Of a DNA stretch of 64,000 nucleotides, positions 54,701 through 64,000 are shown one piece after another (the first letter of the stretch is position 1; each line of letters starts with the position of its first letter). The DNA comes from Trichoplax adhaerens (Eukaryota; Animalia; Placozoa): assembly GCF_000150275.1 (NCBI RefSeq), contig NW_002060951.1, forward strand, positions 2,304,297-2,368,296, given 5' to 3'. The translations under genes were made by a program, and so were the position numbers. The notes beneath the pieces are model-generated. The model saw nothing but the letters and a program-made list of their open reading frames with translations. It had not been told where the DNA came from and did no database searches.

Positions 54701-57528
54701 ATAATAATAGATTACGTTGTTCTTTAATATAGATACAGCAGATTTAATCCAACCAACCCTTGATCAATTACAGCCGTCTGTTGCAGATTTATTGGCTACG
54801 ATGGAAGATAACGGTGAGAGCATTATTTCGATATTAAAAAATGCATGCTTTAACAATTGACTATTTAATGCGAATTGCAGTTAGCTAAATTTCTTTCCAT
54901 ATAACCATGTCTTTACGACAAAAACAGATAACTACTTCTTAAAAAAATTGGACGAAACTCCTCCGTTTTCCTTTACCGCTCAGCCTCAAGGTTTAGCAGC
55001 TACTCAAAATCTGACACAATCCCAAAAAAATAAAGCACCAATTTCATATCATCCAATTGACGAGCAGCATTACAAACATGTAGTGCCAGCAAATGTTGAA
55101 ATTAATCAAAATGTTGCAAACCATGGTCATCAAGAATTAGGGCTTATGAATGTTAGTAACTATAACTGCTCCGCCATCGACACTAATGCTACTGGATCAT
55201 CCAACTCTATCCAGAATGTACCGCGTGCTGATAATGTTCATTTAGCTATGCATCAGAACCGCTTTAACCAGCAATCCTATCAATTACATAACATAAGTAT
55301 GGAATCTACAGCTACTTTTATTAAGACATCTAACAATCAGCTATCGGAATTAGAGAATCAGTTACCCCAGGATTCCTTTCATGTATACCCAAACGTCGAC
55401 AACAGGCAACGTCATCCAAACCTAGGAGCCGGAACTACCAATCATAATAATCATCCACCTAAATTAAACAATATTTCAGAAATTCAAACGAGATTTAGAC
55501 CTAGAGCTCCAGATCAATCTTCGAAATCTCCATCAACTCCTGCCCATATTTTGTACAATCCTGTAAATAATCAGCAAGCAATGGTTTCTGAAGGCGCTGT
55601 TCCAGAATCTCCTGGCCGCGGATTTAGTAAAGAAAATCAGCCTATTCCCAGTCAATCAAGTTATACCTTTTGGAATGAACAAACTCAAGATTCTAGTGAT
55701 AAATTTTTATCGCAACGGCCAGCCGCCGCCAGTCAGGAAAGAATTGTCGCCAACACCGCTACTGATAATTCTTTCCTAGCTCGATTGCTTACGAATTCAA
55801 ATTTTACTCAAGAATCGAGACAATATCAACGTCATTCAATCGAGAGACACTACGTAGCTAAGCCAGTACCAATTGCGCCTGCTCAAAATAAGGTACAGAT
55901 GAACAACTCGCCTTCGTTGGGAAATTTACAGTATGACTGGAATCAGACGCGAGAATCATCGAAAACCTTAGATAATGTAACTATATCTACTGAATGCTTT
56001 GCCATTTTTGGTTGTATTACACCCATAAGGCTTCATCACTTACTAATTTACGATTTGCTTAATATTAAGAATGAATCTACGTCTTTGCCGGTTAGCCCTA
56101 CTCATACTGGCTCCATAGCACACGGTAAGTAAGCAACGCTGTAAACTTAACTATTCACCATCTTGCACCCATGTAATCTTTTATTATTGTCCCTTAGTTG
56201 TGGAGCCGACTGGATTCGCTAAGATTGAATCGCATAGTGGCTATATGAATAGTATTCAGATGACCAGCAAAGCTAATATGAATACATCGTCGGAAAGCCA
56301 GACTAAGCCGTCAGTTACTAATGAGGTTGTTTAATTAAACCTTGAGTTTATAATAGCGAAAATGACAAGCTGCAGGATAAGAGTGTTGTTTTTAGACTAT
56401 ATGGGTAAAATCTTAGATAGTTATAAACATTTCTCATTTAGGAATATCGAAGGAGATCGCATCAGTCTTCCGAGCAGAAACGCCGTGGCAATATTAAGGT
56501 TTTCGGCCTTTTTTATGATGAAATCACTAGCACAATATAAATCTCGATGACGTAACTAATGATTACTATTAATTTATTAGCTAAGATTTGAGAAACTGCA
56601 GTCTCTAGTACCATCGTTAACTTCAGTGCACAATGCAAGAAACAGTAAAGCAACTATTCTTCAAAAATGTCAGTAAGATTAATTTATGAGTATTCTTAGA
56701 TGAAATATGGCTAAGTAATGGTAATCCTAGTTTTTTTCTATTTTCTGTCGCCTAAATTAGCAATTGATTATTGTAAAACCTTAACCCAAGAAAAACAAGC
56801 GATGCAAGCTGAAATTCAGAGACTTAAAAGTAGAATTTTAGAGTTAAATGAGGGTATAAAGTACGTAAAATTCTATGTTGTAATAGCGTAATGTTTTAAC
56901 GGAGATACTATTACTCATACCAATTTATATACGTTACATGTATAGTAAATGTCATCAACAATTACCTGTGACTGGTGCTACTGTTACCCAGCAGCGAGCT
57001 GATCAATTACGGCAAAAATTTGACGAATACGTTAAAAAAAGGACTTTAAGCAATTATAAATTCTGGATTGTATCCTTTTCGCTTAGGATTATACATCTTT
57101 CGAGTGGCAATCCCTCAGAATTTACTTTCTTCTGTTTGTTTATATATTTTATGTTTACTCTCAAATGCAATCTGTGATTCTTTAACGATATAAAACTGCT
57201 ACAGTTTAGCATCATTATTAGGCCGTTGTTCGAGTCATATAGCAACACTGCTGTAACATCAAGCTATGATGAATTCTACCGAACAATGCAAGCATGGATG
57301 GATCAGCACTGCACTCTTGTTCAATTGAGACCAGGTATGATTGCATGACCAGGTAATTGCTATCTGTTTAACATAAAGATTAATGCAAGAACTAATCTGT
57401 TTCCTTTCATTTCAGTTGTCATGGCCGCGCTTTGTCAGCTAAGTACCGATACGGATATACTATCGAATCCATCATTAGTTCCTGTTCAGGCTGTAGAAGC
57501 TGCAAAAAAATTATTAGTTGAAAATTAA
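51741..57528 (+). CDS. MLXIP: MondoA/ChREBP (MLXIP/MLXIPL-like) bHLH-ZIP transcription factor, multi-exon
   Basis: Mondo conserved regions DSLAQLLDCLRLEY, LLTPRWKNFK..RRLNNIIWRAWHMQ, AIVVEGEHWRRRLDAIASEYKRWR, ADLIQPTLDQLQPS; bHLH RRSHQSSEQKRRGNIK..SKATILQK; C-terminal HQQLPVTG, NYKFWI|FSIIIRPLF, WMDQHCTLVQLRP; TAA 57526-57528. The start ATG 51741 follows an acceptor AG. Confidence 0.92.
57070..57204 (+). other. U12-type (minor spliceosome) GT-AG intron in Mondo
   Basis: 5' splice site GTATCCTTT, branch-point-like TTCTTTAAC about 18 nt before the CAG, no polypyrimidine tract; exons join as KFWI|FSII. Confidence 0.85.
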
Positions 57529-60308
57529 TCACAAAGTAAATTTAAATTTAATTTGGGATTAATTTTTACGAGTAACTTGTATTCATATAGCTTTGCCACA
57601 ACAGTCTAGACTATTATCTGGATGATTCAAACCGGTGTTCTAATTAATTTAATATTATATATTCATGTAAATATCAATAACATCAATTGTGTGTTGCAGC
57701 TTTTAATTTTTTTAATTCTATCTCTTTTGTGTTAATTATTAAGATACAAAAATTGATTTAATATAACTAGTGTACCAAATGGACAACAAGTAAAAGATTG
57801 TATATATAAAAATATATGTACTGTATATGTACTAGATAACTGGTACATATAAACGTTATAGTCAGTTACTTGCCGCTTAAAGTGGTTGTTCGTATTTTTA
57901 ATAACTAGAGTTAGTCGGTCAAGTCGCTATGCATGATAATATTCACAAAGCGTTTACAATGAAATCGATAGTAGATATTTAAAAGTAACTTTCGAATTCA
58001 GTATGCATACGGTATTACACAATTGATATGCACGCATCCTCACCCTATTATAGCATCGTGGCTGTATACGCGTATATATACGTATGCTGTATTTATGTTA
58101 CAAGATTTACAATAAATTCTTTCTTTTATCGTTCGGCAAACGGTTGGGTCGCAATACTATATATAAAACATGCTTAACGTAGACAATAATTTAATATTAT
58201 AATAGTACTGTGTGCATACTAATGTAAAGTTAACAATGTAGGATCGTACAATTGTATCTTCAGATTTCGAAATATAATTGAATACGTATAAGAGGAGGTA
58301 TTTACTGTAGGCTTCAGCTAGAATGCCATGAAATCTGTCAAAGTTTTTTAGAACTTAAGGTTTTACATAATCTAATTGATTTTCAGTTATAACTTGCGGT
58401 TAATATATCGTTACTCTAGAACCTACTATAAATTTATATAATACCGTGATCATTCGTTTTTCTTTACACTTCACGAAAGCTTCATAAATTGTAATGCTTA
58501 CCGCATCTATTAGAGAATTGTATCCGAGTTGTTTATTATAAACTCCGAAATTCTGTTATCTAAAATCCATCCGCTGCATGTTTGCATAGATACAATATGA
58601 AATTTATACTTGTAGTAGGCCAACGCGGTAAGGAAATAATTTTAGTATAATTCTACATTTCCTTTCTTAATGTACGTATACTGTACATCAGAGTACTTTG
58701 CTACTAACATCACCAAATTGAAGTAAATTGCATAACTTAGACAACATCGAAAGTAGCCTTTCTTAGGGCTTTGCTTCTAGATGGCTTCTCATCTTTTTTT
58801 TGGCGAAAGGAATTACCTGATATACACAATCATCTGAACAAGACTGATTCTAGATGTAAGAATCTTGTGACATTATATGTAAAGTACAGTAGAATGAGTT
58901 GATAAGTGCGCAATACAAAGTACTGCACTCGGTAATTGCTGCATTAAGATGATATATGTTTGGGCCATCCCTTAAGATCTATCTAGATCTCTCCGATATT
59001 TATGCAAGATTGCAATAGAGACTATCCTAATTCTGAATTTCTTCCGCATCGTATTCGACAGTGATCGCATCTAATTCTCAATCTAGCGTACGACCACGCA
59101 TGCTACATATCTATCCAATCTACGGAAGCTGATATCTTATTTGAACACGGTCTCGAATAGTTTAATAATCACATACAATTATATATATATTAATGTATAA
59201 ATTGATTTGAATGCACAATGGGGATGAGATAAATCTATTAGTGGTATTTTGTAATTGTTAGAAATAATAATTTAATTAGAGCAAGATAATTTAACTGCTT
59301 GCCCGATTGTTGGGGCGATCAGCACAATGCGTATATAGAACTGATTGCTTTTGTTGATATATTGTGGTAGTTGCCGAATCGGTTATAAAGAAGGTTCGAT
59401 TTATCTAGCTTATGTTACTAAGTCAGCCAGTACCTAATAATTTAATGAAATTCTTTGTTTTGTAAGAAAAGTGTAATAACTTTGTCAGTACACATTTGAT
59501 AAAGATTTACTTCGAGTATTTAGAAGCAAGCACCATGATATTTAGGATAGTTTAATCATTGAAGAAATTTTATAATCGGAATCTATCGTTGCCCGCTAAA
59601 TAATTAGGCGTCTGGATATATAAATTGATTGTTAAAATAGATGAAAAGGGTCTAAGGCCTGTCCCTTTAGTAGCCTTTAGCACTAAGCGTCAATGCTTGC
59701 ATTGTACATTGTACAATAACTTTCAGCAGTTTTGTTGCTCACTGTCAATTGATTAAAACTATTAAAATGATACTGTTTTTAGTACAATAAAATTAACCTC
59801 ATGTTACTAGATGCTAAAGTTGAACTGTCATATCGGTACTCAATATAAAAACTCAATCCATAAATTAATAAACTTACAATTAAGGTAATAGATATTGATA
59901 CAGTGTAGTACATAATATAAAATTAAAGTACAGTACTGCAAGGGTATATCAGCTGCAGTTATCCCATGCAGCATGTATAAAATGCACAAATAAGTACGAA
60001 ATCTTCAGTAAGGATATTGCTGATAGAGTCAACTTTTTTAATAAGGTTAGCAGGCATATTTAACGTAAGTTCGCCAAAAAATATGCTGAGTATACTATAT
60101 ATAGACAGATAGATATGCGTATCGATACACTAATACTGTACAAATCATTCACATCCACATCTTAAATAACAATCATAATCAACCACACATTAAAAACCAG
60201 AGCCCGAACTAGCAGTCGTAATTGCATAAAGGATCAGACTACTTGTTATATTCGGTTGTTTACGAAATTTAAGTCGTAAGTATAGCATTCGCATGTATTT
60301 GTAGTCTT

Positions 60309-62185
60309 TTATGAATAGCTATTTATACTTATATCTCGCGATCGATACGTAATATTCGCGTCTTGTAATTCTTCCAAAACATGTTGAGGCAATCGTCCTG
60401 TGACAGATATTGCGTAACATCCTCTCGTGAAAGAATCTACGAATTAATATAGCATTTAAGAACCATTTTGCGCAAAAGCAAAAACCGCGTATGTTGTTAG
60501 AGACTTCAATACGTTATAATCTATACTGTACGGTATATACTGTACCCAAAAACTGTATTAGATCTAGTTTAAACCACTAATAAACGCAAAATTGAATTTT
60601 TGACATAGAGCTAACATATTCTCATGGTATAATAGTTACACAAACGAATTGCTCTTATAGATACTATCTAAAGATCAACAAGTCATTACTAACCTATTCC
60701 TTGCCACCTTGCTACCCAGCTATTTTTTGGATCAGTCAGTGAAATCATTCTACGAAAAAGGACAAAGTAAGAATATTTATGTATATGGGCAACAGTAGCA
60801 TCTACCTCATAATCCTTTTACTGAATAATCTATGATTAATTATACACAATTAATTAAAGCCTTAATCAACATAGGGCAATAACAATAAATTTACTATTGA
60901 ATTCGTATATCGAATATTGATATTCTAATATTTTTATGGCTTGTTTCATAGCAAAAAAAAGCGTATTATACTTGCAATACTACGTAGCTACTCATCTACA
61001 AGATGAGAGCATTAACGTCTTCTACTGCATACTGTACTGCAGATAACAATTTGCAACGGTTTCCGCACAAACTCTAATCCTAGTATAGTTACAGTAAGCT
61101 ACAAGGGTAGTAAATATCTCTTAGTACGCAATACTAAGTTTTTGAGATGAAACATCCAAAAATTTAGCAAGCTTATGTAAATAAGCTTTGTACGGCTGAA
61201 CATTGATAAAACATTTCCATTGATCACGACGTTAAGAGCCACTTAAAGGATCAAAAAGTAAACATTTATTATAAATATAGAGGTAAAGAAGCGAATTAAT
61301 GACATTTCCCATCGTATGTACCTTGTCTAGTACCAGAATAAAGAAGACGTGCAAATTATGATCATAATCGCATTAACTGCTATCACATTGCTTAATATCT
61401 TTCTAGCGTCGTCTTGCAAGACTATAGCACGCTTGATAAGTGTTTTACTCTAGACGACAGCACTTACTCAGGCATAACACCAACCAACACTGTACATACG
61501 CCTATACAGTTTTATCCATTTACTTTAATTATGCTGTTCATACGTACACGTATATGATCTTAACAAAAAAATCTTACTGACTTACCCACTAAAGTTTGGA
61601 CTTGTGCATTCGTAAACACTCTGTCTATCCCCTTTGAGATGCAGGTACTTATCACAGTTTTCACATCCATCCAACTCAAATTGATCTATGGTCTGATAAT
61701 TTTACGTATTCATTATAATACAACAAAAAGTTAAAATAGGCGAAAAGTAATAAAGCTACATGAAAAGAAGTACAGTGTTAGTCCAAGATATGCGTACGTA
61801 TTGCAAAAGATATTAAGGTAGAAATCTAGACATGAAGTAATAGAACTTGATAATCCTATAGTGTGCGTATTACAAAATTGAGCTGATATTATCATTTTAA
61901 ATCACAGTATGCTGTTTTTGTAAGTCTATTTATATATATATATATATTGTAGTAGTGATGGATCTATCAACAAATTTAAATAATTTCAATACTTGAAATG
62001 CTGCTCTTAGTCTCTCACTAACACACGAATACATGGCCCACTAGAAAATCAGGATGAAAGAAGCACGTACAGTATTATTGTACACTTGCCTTCACGAGAG
62101 AGCAAACCAAACAAGCCCTTAGATTACGAACTTCTCTAGGAACACCATCCATTTGTTCTCGAGCATCTTTTAGTTGTTCGTCCAT
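60309..62185 (-). CDS. SUPT4H1: Transcription elongation factor SPT4, 4 exons (62185-62090, 61692-61586, about 60749-60694, 60436-60309)
   Basis: [18 protein letters not shown]|[22 protein letters not shown]|[16 protein letters not shown]|..[17 protein letters not shown]; not captured by the ORF track. Alternative in-frame ATG at 62152. Confidence 0.95.
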
Positions 62186-62317
62186 TGATAGGCGTAAAAC
62201 TTTGAAAAATTTTGGCTAATAAAATTTGAAAGGTACAGCAGCAGATAAAAAGAAGCTCGGTTTAGTAGCAGCAATATCTGTAAAGTGAGTTAAATCAAAT
62301 CTTTATAGTAGGGTCTC

Positions 62318-62470
62318 TACTGTACAGTTACAGTACACCGTACAATACAGTACAGGACTTTAATATAGTAAATGGTGACACTGTACAGTACTGTACTGTA
62401 TACGGGTACAGTACGGGTATGTCCAGTACAGTACTATACACTGTACACGGTATGCTCAGTACTGTAGGAC
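62318..62470. promoter_or_regulatory. TACAG/CTGTA-rich patch in the SPT4/C19orf53 divergent promoter
   Basis: Pentamer mosaic between divergent ATGs 62185 and 62557. Confidence 0.6.
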
Positions 62471-62556
62471 ACTGAAGACAGTAGCACAGCGGCAGCAGTG
62501 CTACTGCCATCACAACTTGCAAGCACAAAAGGAGATTAGAAGACGAAATTACAAAA

Positions 62557-63507
62557 ATGCCACAAGGTCCTGTTAGGAAATTATCCAAAGCGAATAATAG
62601 TAAAAAAGTCAAAAGATTAACTAAAACATCGATAAAAAGTGAGTTCTATCTAATCACAATTTGACGCTCTACTGCTTTCATTTTTTGACAGTGCTGTATA
62701 GTAAATGCAAGGAGTAGTTTTACTATGGACTGAGGCGTATACCTGTATCTTTATGCCTATTTCACTCCGTATTTATTGATCATGGCTGTTTTTAGGGAAT
62801 GCAAAGCAGCCTAGGAAGGGTACGAAAGTAACTGGTGCTGACAAATTAAGGAAGGTATATGAATTGAAAAATTGGGAGATAATATTCCTGAATGAAGCTA
62901 GAAATCAATTAATTCTTAAAATTTCTGCATGATCAGTAAAGCTCGTATCCTTAATATGATACACGTCCTACATTATTGGATGCTTATTCAACAAATGTAC
63001 ATTACTGCAACAAGCTAATAATATAGTTATTGGGATGACTTGATAAGATTATTCCAATACTGCAAACTTGCCAATAATATGGCATAAAACTTGATGCACT
63101 GCAAGTGGATGCAGTTGTAATGTAAGAATACGCGTATTTTATAGTAACAACTGTAAGTGAGAACAGGTGATGCAGAATTTCTATACTGAAATTCTCTACT
63201 CAGTCCATTACAGTATATCAATTTATGTAAGAGATCAAATAAATTTAGTGTAATATATCGGATCCGAATACCAATTTACAAATACAGTACTTATTCACTT
63301 ATTCATTAAAATCAACTTACGTGTATCCTTCTAACTGCGTATGATCTTGCATTTCCATCAACACAGACTTTGCAAAAAAACATTAACAAAAGTATAGAGG
63401 AAGACGTTAGACAGCGAGCTTCAAAGTATGAAGTCAAACCTTTCTATATCATCCGTAACGATACCACCACGAAGGAAACATTAAAAAAGAAACCCGAAAG
63501 TAAATGA
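62557..63507 (+). CDS. C19orf53: Small basic protein, C19orf53/Leydig cell tumor 10 kDa (UPF0390) family, 3 exons
   Basis: MPQGPVRKLSK..|..KQPRKGTK..DKLRK|TLQKNINKSIEEDVRQRAS..; the M-x-QG start, PRKG and K.L...I.K.IE.DV...AS pattern match the family; TGA 63505-63507. Not in the ORF track. Confidence 0.75.
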
Positions 63508-64000
63508 ATTGATCCTCCGAAAGAATATTGGGCAAAAATTTTTACTCAATATAGTACTAGATATTGCTTGCAATATTTAGTCTACTTGTGCGCATTCAAA
63601 CTAGCTTAAGTTTATCTTGGTATCCAATCGACGTACACCATACAGCAAAAGCATCATCAGTGCAAGATGCTGAATTATGAAATACTTCGACATACGTGTG
63701 TACTTATTTAAGGTATATTCTTTTAAAAGCCATAATGATTGCATTATGATGGTACCTGAATTTGTAAATTTCCGTGAGCTGTCTTAATAGGATGTTATGT
63801 TTACAATTTTGTAACAAAGCTAATATAATAAAATCTTTAGTCTTTAAACTGCAAGCCACATTGCCATGTCAGCAATGCACATAGTGTACAGTATGTTCGT
63901 ATGAGAACATCAATGACTTTTCTCGCGGATCACACGTACACATATACGTAAACGATGTATGGTAGTGATAATATTTTGAGTCAGTAGATCTATCCATTAG

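Noticed and set aside
58736-59160. Possible exons between Mondo and SPT4 (e.g. NSFRQKKDEKPSRSKALRKATFDVV* on the minus strand)
   Set aside because: Neighbouring frames are interrupted by stops, with no consistent splice chain or recognisable family.
1-64000. tRNA, rRNA or transposase/reverse-transcriptase genes
   Set aside because: No cloverleaf, rRNA-like segment or mobile-element coding motif was recognised by eye; tRNAscan-SE and Infernal were not run.

Overview
AT-rich, gene-dense eukaryotic DNA with many short GT-AG introns and a metazoan gene set. The style is most consistent with a placozoan (Trichoplax-like) genome; this is inference, not a database result. Genes in order: 3' part of a TRPM channel (+), delta-tubulin (+), INO80B (-), rabaptin (+), TBL2 (-), two mitochondrial EF-Tu paralogs tail-to-tail (+/-), a complex tandem-repeat block with a 50-N gap and a duplicated AIP exon 1, AIP (+), a possible unannotated OCIA-like gene (-), XBP1 (-), major vault protein (+), MondoA/ChREBP (+), SPT4 (-) and a C19orf53/UPF0390 small protein (+). 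Main highlights: (1) a complete IRE1 dual-hairpin unconventional intron of 20 nt in XBP1 with a dual-frame C-terminus; (2) dense TACAG/CTGTA pentamer patches marking essentially every gene 5' end and absent from convergent 3' ends, a candidate promoter code; (3) divergent mt EF-Tu paralogs with an amino-acid-pocket His->Asn change; (4) a U12 intron in Mondo and a GC-AG intron in SPT4; (5) a rabaptin apparently lacking its Rab5-binding C-terminus; (6) ancient linkage with human neighbourhoods; (7) a weak vault-RNA-like candidate and a 47-bp palindrome downstream of MVP. Exon chains were assembled by eye and comparisons with human proteins are from memory.
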